A DNA stretch of 64,000 bases from Chiloscyllium plagiosum (taxonomy: Eukaryota). Shown here piece by piece: positions 1 through 12,771 of the stretch. The stretch covers positions 75,594,064 to 75,658,063 of the forward strand of contig NC_057719.1 of assembly GCF_004010195.1 (NCBI RefSeq), in the 5' to 3' direction. The translations under genes and the position numbers were made by a program. How positions within the stretch are numbered: the first letter of the stretch is position 1; each line of letters begins with the position of its first letter. A model generated the notes under the pieces. It made no database searches. It worked only from the letters and a program-made list of their open reading frames with translations, and was not told the origin of the DNA.

Positions 1-210
1 CCTATCGCATTTCCAACGCCCCTCCTCCAAGTCCCTCCTCCCTACCTTTTATCTTAGCCTGCTTGGCACACGTTTCTCATTCCTGAAGAAGTGCTCATGC
101 CCGAAACATCGATTCTCCTGCTCCTTGGATGCTGCCTGACCTGCTGCGCGTTTCCAGCAACACATTTTCAGCTCTGATCTCCAGCATCTGCAGTCCTCAA
201 TTTCTCCTAT
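1..210 (+). mobile_element. 3' terminus (pLTR) of Penelope-like element with degenerate hammerhead motif
   Basis: CTGAAGA(83-89)...GAAA(103-106) followed by ggatgctgcctgacctgctg...ccagca, the same terminus as the RT/GIY-YIG copies at 33.9 kb and 55.6 kb. Confidence 0.8.
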
Positions 211-1181
211 TAGATGTCACTGTCGAGATGACTGCTCTCATGGGGGATGGTGTGGTGTTGGTACTTTGCCAGTGACTCACCGCCCTGTCCTGTATGCCTG
301 AGTGATGGAGGAGATGGGAGGAGATAAGTTTTGGTTTTGGATCATTGTATTGTGCTTATTAATTTGAGGATAGTGGATAATAGCTGATTTGCCCCATTTT
401 ATGGAGGTTTGAAGTTTCTGAAGTGGCGTATGGCCTACTGTCTTTTTCCTTTGTGTAGACAAGACTAGAATTGCAAAGTATGTGGTAAGTTTCAGGTTAA
501 TTGCAAGTTGGATTTCGGGGCATTATGAATGGAGTGGAGCTTCCCAGAATTTGTGCTGAACTTCTCCATTCACTGATTTGAATGTATGTTCCGATCTGTG
601 AGAGTTGGAACTGATATGCAGGAAGTTGACTCTTGCCCTGATGGAAGTACTTTTATATTGCCATTACGATAAGGTAATGCCCCAACTTCTTCATAAATTC
701 TAAAGGCAATCAAAACTGAGAATAGTGGTCATTTAGCCTATCTCTCCTTTGACAGTGTGCTAGAGAGGGAATGAGATAACACTGTATACCAGTGGATGGA
801 AGCCAAGTTTCACAACATGCACTACATTAGACTGTGGCAATTCTGAAGTATTATTAATTATCAAGTGATAAATAGTATCAGCAGAAAATGAAGAACCTTT
901 TATAATTCACACCAGCAACTCTTGCAGCCTTGCTAAGTGAAATGACAATAGCATCAATTAGTGTTGCTCTGTGTGTAGTTTTGGATAACTGTGTCCCTTA
1001 AGAATTAAGTTGAATTGCTCCAAACCTCTTTCACTTCTAACTCTTATAACAGGTAACCCATCAGTTTGCCTTGATTCAAGCCCAGATCTTGTGTGTGAAA
1101 AAGAAAATTGTTGACTTGCTGTATGAGCAGAATTTCAATACAAATGGTTTTGACTTAAAGAAATATTTTCATTTTAAGTTT

Positions 1182-1652
1182 CTTACTTCACCACTGAAAG
1201 AGCAGGTGGTAATGATTTCACTCTGGTTTAACATTTCTTGACTGTAAACAATATTTTTCAAAACTGTTCAATGAAATTTGGTACACAGATAGAGTAGGGC
1301 CCAAGGAAAGAGTGATCCACTTTTATTGAAGTGTGTATCCAGATCCTGGATTTTTTAAATTAAAAATAATCTTTTAACATTAAGAGATGGGAGAATAGAC
1401 TTTTTGTTTTGTAAATGCTGTGGCTTGTTTGATGTCAAACCTTATTGTTTACATTTGAAAGTTGAGTATTGGCTCGGTTGCTGTGGTTGAATTTGTAAGC
1501 CGAGTTTTAAGAGCAGGTTGATGGATATAGATTGGGTTGAAGCCTTCTTAGTGAGATGGAGGCTCTTTACAAAAAGATGTGTTGTTTCAGCTTTGAAATT
1601 GCAGGCAGGAAACAGCCTCAGGAAGGAGCTGTGTCACTGTAATCGCGTTTAG
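1182..1652 (+). mobile_element. Possible decayed non-autonomous Helentron/HINE-like element
   Basis: Motif string atgaaatttggtacacagat...ggcccaaggaaag...tatccagatcctggattttt...ctttaacatt resembles fish HINE-type repeats (from memory); termini not resolved. Confidence 0.35.
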
Positions 1653-3458
1653 TAATGCAGTGCGTCTGTGCTATTTGTACGCTCATTGCTTGTTTTCGGT
1701 TTGTGGTGAAGGTTTTCAAATTCAAAGGGCGATTGAATAGCTAATTTGAAAGATGATAAATTGTGTCTCATTAAACCAAGAACAACAGCACTATTTTGAA
1801 ATAATATTCTGATCAATTCAGTACTCCTGTGAAGAATATTTGAGTTCCAGCTTATTTGACGAACCACTGGGATATGGTCAGACGTGTATGAGGTTTAATG
1901 TGAAACCACTAATGGTTGCTAAGAGCCTGAAATGCTGGCCTATAATTCCCATGCAGTACATTTCTACTTTATGATCACTTGCTATCATCTGCTACTTCAT
2001 TTAACATACAGACTCATTATTTACATGACAACGCATTTCAGGGGTCGTTTGGAGATTTTGACGTTTGATTGAACAGTGGAGAAGTAATGTTTGAAACAAC
2101 GGTAATTAGTCTTCATATCCACAATAATTCTGTTGTTAGAGGCACTCAAGTTTAAAAGCAAAAATTGCACTCCAATATTATTCTCATAAACAAAATCATC
2201 TGGCAAGTATCCTCAGAGAGTCATTGATTTGCAGCACAGAAGAAAGCCACCTGGATAAACTAGTTGATACTGGTGTTTTTCACCGCATGAGCTCTTAATT
2301 TTATTGCAATCGCCTACTCACTGCCACACATTTAATATTCCTTTTCCAGGAAAATGTCCAACACCTTCTTAGTCTAATTTACAGATTTTTGTGGAGAATT
2401 CTGAATTCTAACCGCCTTTCGTGTCGGCGCATAGTTTTCCAATCGCTTTCGATTAGTGATTACCTCGAGCAGTGGCCTATTGCTACTGTCCACACCAACC
2501 TGTCATTGTGTACTCTGCTGTACCTGTTATAAATGGACAGCCTGTAAGAGATATGCTGAGTGGAAGGCATTGGAAAACCACAACTGACAAAAACTGGCAA
2601 GAAAACAGTTTGGGATGAAGTGTCAGCAGGCAGCAGAGAAGGTTACCTGAATGAATAAATGAATAGATACTTTGCCCCAGTCAGTCTCTTCTTCTAAGTG
2701 GACCCTGAGCCCCTCATGATCAGGAGATTATCTTTCCTGACCAATATCTGATCAGTGCAGCAAGCAGGTTGTAATATTGAAATGCTTTGTTATGTGAACT
2801 AGGCATTATCATGGCAAATGCATCTCATACATGTTCCTCCTATTTTGGACAATCAAGTGAAGTGAGGCTAAATATATGTCATCAAGTTGATGCAGTTCAC
2901 ATATGCAACTGATTAAAGTCATTGGTACTCTCAATGTTAACCAACTATGTAATACCCTTGTTAACACAGAGAATAGCAAAGAATGTTCCCAGACCTCAAG
3001 ACTTCTCTCATACTCTCTCCGAAGTTAGTTAGCTCATCACTGAGGATCAAAACTTTGAATTTTCAGCTCTTCTTTCTAGACTATTCTTTCTTTTGTTAGC
3101 TCGATAGGGATGGAGAGCCTTGAGTTTTGACTTTACTTGTCACAGTTCAGCTGTCAATCATCTGGGTTACTGGCTATTCCCTCGAAAAGAAAGACTTGTA
3201 TTTATGTAGCACCTTCTAAGACCACATGGCATCGCAAAGTGTTTTACAGCCAGTCAAATACTCAGGAGTGTACTGTTGTAAAGGAGGAAACCAATGGCAT
3301 TTAATTTGAACATAGCAAGCTGCCACAAAAAGCGATGATATAACAACCAGATAATCTGTTTCTGAGATATTGATGAGGACACTCAGAATAATTTTCTTCC
3401 ACTTTCAGAAATAGTTTTGTGGAATCAACTTCCACCTGAATTGGAAGGTGGGGCCTTG

Positions 3459-3887
3459 AATAGAATAGAATCCCCACAGTGTGGAAACAGGCCATTCAGC
3501 CTTACAAGTCCACACTGACCCTCTGAAGATCATCCTACCCTGACCCATGTGTTTCTCATGGCTAACCTATACATCCTGAACACTATGGGAAATTTAGCAT
3601 GGCCAATCCACATCATTGGACTTCGGGAGGAAACCGGAGCACCCAGCAGCAATCCACACAGACACGGAGGGAATGTGCAAACTCCACACAGACACGGGGA
3701 GAATGTGCAAACTCCACACCAACACTGGGAGAATGTGCAAGTTCCACACTGACACGGGGTGAATGTGCAAACTTCACACAGACACGAGGTGAATGTGCAA
3801 ACTCCACACAGACAATCACCTGAGAGTGGGCTCGAATCCAGGTCCCTGGCATTGTGAGGCATCAGTGCTAACCACTGAGCCACTATG
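3459..3887 (-). mobile_element. HE1-type tRNA-derived V-SINE with internal tandem expansion
   Basis: rc head tggctcagtggttagcactg (A box), V core tgtgtggagtttgcacattc, HER1-like tail ggcctgtttccacactgt. Confidence 0.9.
3654..3813. repeat. 30-bp tandem repeat, about 5.3 copies (ccacacagacacggggagaatgtgcaaact)
   Basis: Units start at 3654, 3684, 3714, 3744, 3774, 3804; single copy in other HE1 elements. Confidence 0.95.
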
Positions 3888-4964
3888 TCTTGGTTCGCGA
3901 TCTCATCCAAATGACAACCCCTTGACAATGCAACACTCCCTCAGCAATTTCAAGGAGCTGGGTATTGAAGACCCAGATTAGCATGTGACTAGGACAAGAA
4001 CACTGCCAACTGAAGAACAGCTTGTTGGACCTCTTTCAACAGCATCCCCACTGTGTTCATATGGATGAATTCGCTCTGATGTTTCATATGTGGCTCTCAC
4101 TTAGATGCGTTAGAATGTGTTAACAATCTCACCATTGCCTCAAATTGATATGGAGAACAGTTTTGACAGCTGGCCGGATGTCTTTTGAAACAGCTCATCA
4201 AACTATACTGTCCCTCTTGATACCAGCAGCTTCAGGCTTATATTTCTCTAATTTTTTTTTGAAAAACACAGCACTCCTTGGAATTAATCCTTTGAATGTG
4301 AATGTGATATTCGTATCAAAAACGCGTTACAATTTAAATCAAAAATCCCTTTTGTGTAAAGCACTAGCAAGTCTTGAAATGCAAAAATGCCAAAACTCTT
4401 CTTGATTTGAAGGATCTCTATCAGGACACCCTCAAGTCTTAGCGTTGCTGAGGAAAGTCTTTCTTTCTGAAGATAACTACAACTGCTCATTTCTGCAGCC
4501 AGCTGAGCACGCATGCATGGCTTCCACTTTTTTTACTCCAATACTTTAATCACAAGGAGGTCTTGCAGTGCAGTGTTAGTATCCCTATGTCTGAGCCAGA
4601 AAGTCAGGATTCAAATCTCATCTCAGGATTTGCCAGATACAGACAATCTCAACACCAGAAGTTGCCATAACATGATAAAACCATCTGTAAGTAATCATTC
4701 AGAGATGCTTAGGAGTGAGAGGCTTTCCTGCTCTGTCACACCCATGTGGCAGCTGAAGTGCAGCAGCCTTCCCATAATTCCTGACTTCAAGAAGCATCTT
4801 CTTCACTCGTGGGGAATGTTGAAGACTAGCAAAGCACTTGTACCAATTCAGTTCCAGCATGTGTACTTTAGATACTTTGCCAAAGATTTCACTTACCCAT
4901 GTTACACTGGCAGCATTCAATTGTTCAAATTGTTTGATTGTGTGTGTTTTTTTGATAATTCTTG

Positions 4965-5150
4965 ATGAATTCTGGGTATTGCAGGCAAGGTGAGCATGTG
5001 TTGCCCATCTCTAATTAAACTGAATGTCCTGCTGTGCTCTTGTAGAGGGCAGTTTAAGAGTCAACTATATCACTGGGATCCAGAGTTGCACGTTGGACAA
5101 ATCAGTTAAGGATAACAGATTTCTTTCCTGAAGGAACACTATTCTGTTGA
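4965..5150 (-). mobile_element. 3' part of second tRNA-SINE family (same family as 38305-38642)
   Basis: gggcagtttaagagtcaac...ctgggatccagagttgcac...cagatttctttcctgaaggaaca matches rc of the 38.5 kb copy. Confidence 0.6.
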
Positions 5151-5739
5151 CTGCCCCATTGTGTATTAATGAAACCTGCATTAACTGAGATTGAGGGAGA
5201 TTGAATTGAGGTGAGCTGCTGTGACCATGAAGAGCAGACTTTTTACAACATGGTAAATAAAGCTCCTGCAAACTTAGAAATTGGTGCCTCATCTCTGCAT
5301 ATCTCCGAGGCATAAAATACAATATCTATTTGTGTCATCACTATTAAAAACCTGTGTGCTTTAAAAATTAAGATGAAAGTGGCCCTAAGAGTAGACAGGA
5401 CAGCACAGGGAAAATAAAAAGAAATTGCTTAGACTTGAAATGTGTAAACATAATCAACAAGAAGAAAGAAAATATCTCTTTCCTTCTAGAGTTTCATGAA
5501 ACTGTATTCTAATGTCATGGTTGTCACTGACAAGGTCGACATCAGTTGCCCTTGAAATGGCAATAGTGAGCTGTCTGCTTGAATTGCTCGTGAACATGTT
5601 TCCACCATGCGGTTACATAGAGAGTTCTGGGATTTTGGTCATGTGATCATGAAGGAGTAGTTACGTATTTCCAAGTCAGAATGGTGAAAGGTGTTGGTGT
5701 TGTTCTAGATCTACAGTGATATAGTTGACTTGAATAACG

Positions 5740-6050
5740 AAGGTCTTTTCTCTACGATAGGAGAATGGGCATAATTTTAAGGTGAGAGGGGAAAGATTTT
5801 AAAGGGATCTGAGGGGCAAGTTTTTCACACAGAGGGTGGTTTGAATGTGGAATAAAATGCCAAGGGAATTGGTTGATGCAGGTACAGTTACATTGTTGAA
5901 AAGATGTTTGGACAGGTACATGAACAGGAAAGGTTTAGACGAATATGAGCCAAAAGCAGGCAAATGGGACTAGTTTAGTTTGGGATATGTGGTTGGCAGT
6001 GACAGGTTGGACCAAAGGGTCTGCTTTCATGCTGTATGATTCCAAGCTTC
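5740..6050 (+). mobile_element. CR1/HER1 LINE 3' fragment
   Basis: GHNFKVRGERF..DLRGKFFTQRVV..WN C-terminal motif plus 3' UTR ggttggaccaaagggtctg. Confidence 0.85.
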
Positions 6051-6486
6051 TCTGACTCTACAGGATGCACTAAAGATTCTTGGACTACACTTTTCAATTG
6101 CAAGACAAATTCCATCTAGGTCTCCCACCACCAGTAGCTCTGCATTGATTATCTAGCTATTGGGACTAAGAAAGCAATTGTTATAATGTTTGTGTGTTGT
6201 GTTAGGAACATCAGTGTCTGGTGTCAGGCTTGCATGTTTGGCAACAACACCAAAGAAATGTTAGCAGATTTGCAAAGGTTGAAGGTTAAGAAGGTGTATT
6301 AAAAGACTAGTTTTCCTGGTTGCTTGACTGGAATGAATTTGACTACTTTGCTTTCCAGCTGCCATTCACTTCCAGGTGACCCTTCCTCGAGGATACAGAT
6401 GAGATGAGGGTGGTACTGTACACATCATAAAATAGCTGAAGTGAAGTGTGCATGTGCTTGCACAAGTCTTCTCCCATTCAAGTGCA

Positions 6487-6718
6487 TCGAATCCCTACAG
6501 TGCCACCCAGACCCACCCTATCGCTGTAACCCTGCATTTCCCATGGCCAATCCACATAACGCTGCACATCTTTGGACTGTGGGGGGATACCAGAATGAAC
6601 CCACACAGACATGGGGAGGATGTACAAAATCCCCACAGACAGTTGTCTGAGGCTAGAATCAAATCTGGGTTCCTGGCACTGTGAGGCAGCAGTGCTAATC
6701 ACTGAGCCACTGTGCCAC
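6487..6718 (-). mobile_element. HE1 SINE, degenerate and internally deleted
   Basis: ctgtgaggcagcagtgctaatcactgagccac head; catctttggactgtgg core. Confidence 0.85.
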
Positions 6719-6819
6719 ATAGCTACTTCTCTGATTTTACTGAACAGAAATCTCATCTTTGGGATCAAGCGCCCTCCTCTAGAGGTCCCAGCACATTTGG
6801 ATCGACTTTCCATGGCTGT

Positions 6820-7140
6820 TCTGAATGAGTGCTGCATTGTTGTGTGTGCCATCTTTCAGATTTTGTTGTTAAATTTGGGCACTGAACATACGAGATTTAA
6901 TGACACTATTTCAAAGAGGAGCAAGGCAGTTGAACTTCGTGTTGTTGGCACCCAATTTCTCTAAAAGCAGACAATAGGGTTATTATCACAACATGGTTTA
7001 GAGGAGTTTGCTATGTGCAATTGGTTACAATATCTTATATCACAGCAGTGACTACAAGTCAACATAACTTAATTGGATGTAAAGCGCTTTGTTCATCTAG
7101 AGGTCATGAGAAGTGCTATATAAATGCAGGTCTTTCTTTT
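6820..7140 (+). mobile_element. Deu-domain SINE (SacSINE1-like)
   Basis: gagtgctgcattgt...gccatctttcagat and tail gtaaagcgcttt...gctatataaatgcaggtctttctttt. Confidence 0.6.
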
Positions 7141-7779
7141 AACTCGAGCAGCGTGTCTCACTTCTGTATCAAATTCAGCTCAACAACAACCTGACTGAAT
7201 TCACTCCAATTATTAATCTGACATGTACACAACAAGGCTACACACTGATGTTAGCCCAGAATTGATTATTGCATTTATAAAGAAACCAACAAATGTTTTA
7301 AATGCCTGGTGTGTAATGAGGCTGTATTATTTAGGGATATCAGTGGGAATACATGCATATTACAGAGAGATAGGAGGGAAAGCCAGAAATGTTTCTAATC
7401 CCAAGACGGGAAGCATGTTAGGGGAGGCGTGAGAGATTGATACCGAGAAAGAGAGAATGAATTCATATTTTAAACCTGAGAAATTGCAGGGTGCAGTGAA
7501 ACACAGCAGGCAGAAGTTATTAGGACATAACCAAGCATCAGCAAAACAGCAATTTTCAATGTGTGGAGTCCATTATGGACTTGCCACTTTGTACATTAAA
7601 AAAAGGCACAACAAACTTGGCCAATTATAATGATTGTATTTAGAAAATATTTAAGAAGCTATTATTTCGGAAAGAATGAGCAGCCTATTGTCTCCATGCC
7701 ATGTTTTGCAGTGTTTTCACACTTGTAGGAACACATTAATGGAAGGGCTGTTATAAACAGATATCAGCTATAGCTGGAT

Positions 7780-8000
7780 TAAAAAGGTATTTGTCACTCT
7801 AAGCATGGTAGGATTCTGAAATTCTGTCACCCTCAGACCATTGGAATTTTCAGGATTGAAGTAGATAGCTTGTTGGGTAAAGTTATTTTAGGGATATGAA
7901 GCTAAAGTGGATTAATAGAATCAAGGTACAGATCAGCTTTGACTTAAAATGAGTGAGAGAACAGGTCCTGTGGGTGAATGGCTCAATCTTGTTCATAAGC
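7780..8000 (+). mobile_element. Old CR1 3' tail
   Basis: Degenerate similarity to CR1 ends at 21810-21980 and 47400-47555. Confidence 0.5.
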
Positions 8001-8504
8001 ATTTCCTGCATTAAGCACCCACTGAAGGTCTGGGAACTTGAATAACCTGAAATTCTGCATCTGATGGATGCTAACAGTGTTGGAAAGTGTAGACAGATGC
8101 CTATTTGTCTGTTTTCTTTCCCACTCTGTGCTTGATAGGCAGTGATGGCTCTTGAGATCAGACAGTGCAGCCCTATGACCCTGCTTTGAACCGAGGCAAA
8201 AACTCCATTCCCGACAAACGTGCTGTTGGCACTTGGGAGTATCCGCAGGCCTATTTGTTAAATTTGCCAAAACCAGTTAAAATACAACAGTGAGCATTTT
8301 TCATGGATTATTCATAGATCCTGGACTTTTGGCTCAGTGGGGTAAGGAGAGTTCTGAATGTCCAGATGGTCCTACTATCTGGGCAGCGAGAACTGAATGG
8401 TAATCAGGGTTTGGACCATCAGAGGCCTGACTGCTAGCCACCTTTTTCAACAGTGCATACTTCATCTTTTAAACAGGGGTAGCATTGCTTGCACATGTAG
8501 GAAA

Positions 8505-9045
8505 TTTGATTTGGAGGTGGTGGTGTTGGACTGGGGTGGACAAAGTTAAATATCACACAACACCAGGTTACAGTCCAACAGGCTTATTCAGAGGAAGTAG
8601 CTTCCAAAGCACTCCTTCTTCATTAGGCGGTTGTGGAGCAGACTTTATAGCAACGGGTTTACAGTGTCATGGAATGTAATTTTAAACAAATTTAGCTTGA
8701 GTGTTTCATCTTTTAGAATGATCATGTTAGTTTTGGTTCCTTCATATGTAAATCCTGGAACTTTTTTCAAGTTCCATCCTCAAAATGGGTTTTAACAATA
8801 GGTGCCATCTCAGCTCAGATAATGTATTGAAGGTGTGAAGTTAAAGTCTGTCCCTGTCCGAATGTTAGGTCAGACTGATTCCATTGGTAAAGTGGGATTT
8901 ACAGTATTTTACATGAATTTATGCAGTTTTTGAGCAAAATAAAATGTAATTCTGCAAATACAGATTCACCCCACAAACTTATATATATGTGTGCAGGGGA
9001 GTCCAAGTGAGTGTGTGTGTATGTGTGTGAGTGTAATGGGGTATA
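8505..9045 (-). mobile_element. Penelope-like terminal fragment (family of 56310-56542)
   Basis: ggtgttggactggggtggacaaagttaaatatcacacaacaccaggtt is the rc of about 56485-56530. Confidence 0.75.
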
Positions 9046-11321
9046 AGCTAATTAAACCAGCCAGAAGCTTGAAAGCACGATTCCCTGCAGCCCTCTTGCT
9101 CCCTGGATGTTATTTTGTTGGAAATGCATCGTAAACTTTATCCTCCCTGGCAAGGCAAGGTAAATGAAAAAGTAGAAATTGGAGTATTTCCCAGCCACTG
9201 GCTCAGTATAAGATCCTTCAACTAACCCCCGATTCTCACAAATTGTCATGACCATCCCTCAATCATGTGGAAATACTCCAACTTTCACTAAGGTAGATAC
9301 TGGAGAAACAAATATTAGTTGAAAGAACTGAGTTCTAATAGTACCTCATGCCACTTTGTTAAAAGGAAGTTATCAGCTTTCTTTACAGTGTCATATTTTC
9401 TGTATTTGTCTCTCTCCTTGAGATGTATAAATATATCTTGTGCAGCCTCTGGACTAGTTGCTCCACTGGAAGGTATTGCTGAAGGACTGTGAATAATCAA
9501 TGGACCACCTCCCTCTTCAATCCTCAAGCCAACCCCTCACCCTACTGCCACCATTCCTGCCCTTCACTTTCTACCCCCTCATACTGTTCCCCATACCCAC
9601 CTCAATTTCCTCCTCTACCTCCTCCCCAACACCCATCATCCCTCTCAATCCTCAGGCCCTTCACCTTGGTGCTTGATGCTCTTCACAACCCCTGGGTCTG
9701 GGTAATCACCCCATCATACCCTTTCCAACCAATCCACGTTGCTACTACACTCCCCGCTCTGCAGATTGAAACTCCCATGTCCTCACCGTTAAGACTTCTC
9801 ACCCCTTCGACCCCCTCACCTCTTCAATTCCTACCCCTGATATTCCCTCCCACCCAAACTTTCCCTGAACCGGAATCCCTCAACCGCCCTCAGAAACCCC
9901 TCCCCCAAATTCCCCACGCCCATTAATTGCATAATTGCCAGAATGCCATCTATGACCTTTCCTGCCTTGTGTCTCATTGTATGGAAGTAAGGAATAGATG
10001 GGCTCCTCTGGAATTAATTGCTACTCCTGAGCCTCCAAACCTGTCCCTCAGGGTGCTGGATTCCACTCTGACAAGTCTGGTTGCTCCTGGGTCCTATAGT
10101 GTCCCTAACATCCCACACGTTGATGCATTTCCTTAAGACCTACATATACTGGAGACTATTCTTCATTCATTGTCCTTGGCAAGTGAATATAGCACAGTCA
10201 CTTAATGCTGAACCCCACTTGGAGTTGTTTGAACTGCACTGAAGTATCCATCTATGTGTCAGAAACCTGCCAAATTTTCCTCTTGTGAATTCAGAAGAAA
10301 TTTTCTGTGGGCCATTCTGATTGTTAATTACCCTATCTGAGCAATCCGGACCAGAATACATTACACCGCAGAGATTAATAATAAAGTATTCAAACATTAG
10401 CATAAGAGAAGTTTAGATAAATACTCTAAAGAAACATTTTATACAGCACATTTAGTTGAGGAACATTTAACGTTGGCTCCCAGTTTCAGTGATCATGTGC
10501 TGGAAGCCCTCGAGCTTAATGGCTATTTAATTTTCATTATCCATCACTCATTATGCTCATTAACTTTTGCTGAAATAAATTATTATATTACCGAAAGTTC
10601 ATTTGCAAAAATACATAATTAGTTTAATTCCCTTAAAAAATAACTTTGAGTCCAATTAGTTAGCTTAAACTAGCCCATTTTGTAAGGAATTAAGAGCAAT
10701 CTCTTCAAGCACAGAGCCTATGGAAAGAGATGAACTGATTGTTTTTGACAGCTTTATAATAACTCCTTATGTGTCATTTACGACTGACATCAAATCAGCC
10801 ACGTTCCTTATCTCCATTTATCAGGCATCTTTTTTATTAGCTGTTTTCTCATGAAACTCTGACTGAGGAGTCTTTTTTCATTCATACATGGGATGTGGGT
10901 GCCGCTGGCTAGGTCACCATTCATAGCCCATCCCTTGTTGCCCTTGAGAAGGTGATGGTGAGCTACTTCCATGGCAATCCATTTGGTGTGGGTAGACTCA
11001 CAACATTAGTAGGGAGCAAATTCCAGGCTTTTCACCCATTGACAGTGAAGGAACAGCGAGATATTTCAACATCAAATCATATTTCCAAGTCCCTAGAGAA
11101 AACATTAACTGGATCAGAAAGAATGATGTGAAAAAGGGCTTGAGTTTCATAATATATTAGAACAGACAAACTGAGGGAGGGAAGGAGTTCGACAGCCTTG
11201 AGGTTCTGAAAAGCAATGTGTTGCAGGAGGGGATGTGGTAAATTGTAAATGCAACAAAACAAATATTGCAGGTACGTGCAGAGAAAGATACAGCTCAGAG
11301 GAGACAGATGTCGGTGACATA

Positions 11322-11460
11322 AACTCTGAGGGATGGTCACTTGACCCAAAATGTTAACTCTGATTTCTCTCCACAGATGCTGCCAGAACTGCTGAGCTTT
11401 TCCAGCAATTTCTATCTTTGTCTCTGATTTACAGCATCTGCAGTTCTTTCGCTTTTTATT
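11322..11460 (+). mobile_element. Short Penelope-like terminus (family also at ~13200-13370, 14265-14358, 20735-20870, 37625-37783, 43260-43410, 44350-44490, 56660-56835, 63210-63395)
   Basis: ctgagggatggtcacttgacccaaaatgttaactctg...ccacagatgctgccag; decayed CTGAAGA-stem-GAAA motif. Confidence 0.7.
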
Positions 11461-12456
11461 CAGTGACGTAAGAAAAGGACAAAGAAACATCAACAATCAT
11501 AACAATTCTAAAATGAGGGATATAACAAAAAAAGAGTAGGAGGGCTACAGAAAAAAAAAAGCAGAGTTTCAGTGTATCGAAGATTGCATTGTGCATCTGC
11601 TCCACTTCAGGCTACGCTATGGATGTGTACCAGCAGAGGGACTGTGCTAGGGTGAGATGACATGCCATCCATGTTTATCAGTTTACGATGTTCTTATTCT
11701 ACATGTCTCGAGCTGAATATATAACTGTTACTGTCCCAAGACATTCACTGTGACAACAGGAGAAAAACAACTTTTTTCCGGTCTGAAACTTTTGGAAGTT
11801 TTGCATTTAATCTATTGGCTGCAGACAGCATTTTAAGATGGAGATTTAGGGACACTGCATCTATGCAGAAACATACAGGACAGAATATCAGTGTGCCACA
11901 AGAAGCGACAGGAGATTTTAAAAAGATCAAAGAGCTGATGGAAAATAAGCAGGAAGAGGATGGTGGAGGAGATTAGAGAGCATGAGAGAAACTTATAGGA
12001 AAAAGGGTCACATTTTGAGTCTGTGGAGAATGCGACTGGAGCCCAGGCAGTGAATTTCTGAATTGAGAAACGTGTATGAAAAGGGGAGGTGATCTTGGCG
12101 AGAATGTTGTCAAGATTGAAAGCAAGTAGAGAAACTATTAACTGAATCAGGAAGAAGAAAGTGAAAACAGGCTTGAGTTTTAGAATGCAGTACAACAGAA
12201 AAACTGAGAGGGAAAAGATTCTACAATCCTGAGGTCCTGAAAAGCAATGAGTTGAAGGAGGAGGTGTTGTAAATTGTGAATTCAACAAAACAAGTCTTGC
12301 AGGGCTGTAGTAACATTGGTATGAACGAGAAGTACAAATTACGATTGCAATGTACGGAAGGGAGAGAGAGAGAAAGTGGTTGAAGGTTCTCATTAAATCA
12401 GATGTTGCACATTTCCTTGTATGTTCCTATGTTAAGTGCAGGTTGAAGAACATCTT

Positions 12457-12771
12457 AGAGATTAGATTAGATTACATTACTGTGGAAACAGGCCCTTCGG
12501 CCCAACAAGTCCACACCGACCCGCCGAAGCGCAACCCACCCATACCCCTACATTTACCCCTTACCTAACACTACGGGCAATTTAGCATGGCCAATTCACC
12601 TGACCTGCACATCTTTGGACAGTGGGAGGAAACTGGAGCACCCGGAGGAAACCCACGCAGACACGGGGAGAACGTGCAAACTCCACACAGTCAGTTGCCT
12701 GAGGCGGGAATTGAACCCGGATCTCTGACGCTGTGAGGCAACAGTGCTAACCACTGTGCCACCGTGCTGCC
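12457..12771 (-). mobile_element. HE1 SINE, young and near full length
   Basis: Intact head, V core, CpG-rich 3' part and (ctaat)n tail; nearly identical to the 15193 and 38785 copies. Confidence 0.95.

Larger units (their letters stand above)
3186..4020 (-). mobile_element. Deu-domain SINE (SacSINE1-like), interrupted by HE1 SINE
   Basis: Tail aaagacttgtatttatgtagcacc and gacaatgcaacactccctca are reverse complements of the + copy at 6820-7140. Confidence 0.6.

Noticed and set aside
3530..3928. Cys-rich ORF / CRISPR-like 30-bp periodicity
   Set aside because: Contiguous tandem units without unique spacers, lying inside an HE1 SINE
4284..4514. 76-aa minus-strand ORF
   Set aside because: LRLEGVLIEILQIKKSF resembles decayed CR1 RLRGDLIEVFKI; retroelement remnant
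9489..9926. Proline-rich 145-aa ORF
   Set aside because: C-rich low-complexity sequence with no splice or homology support
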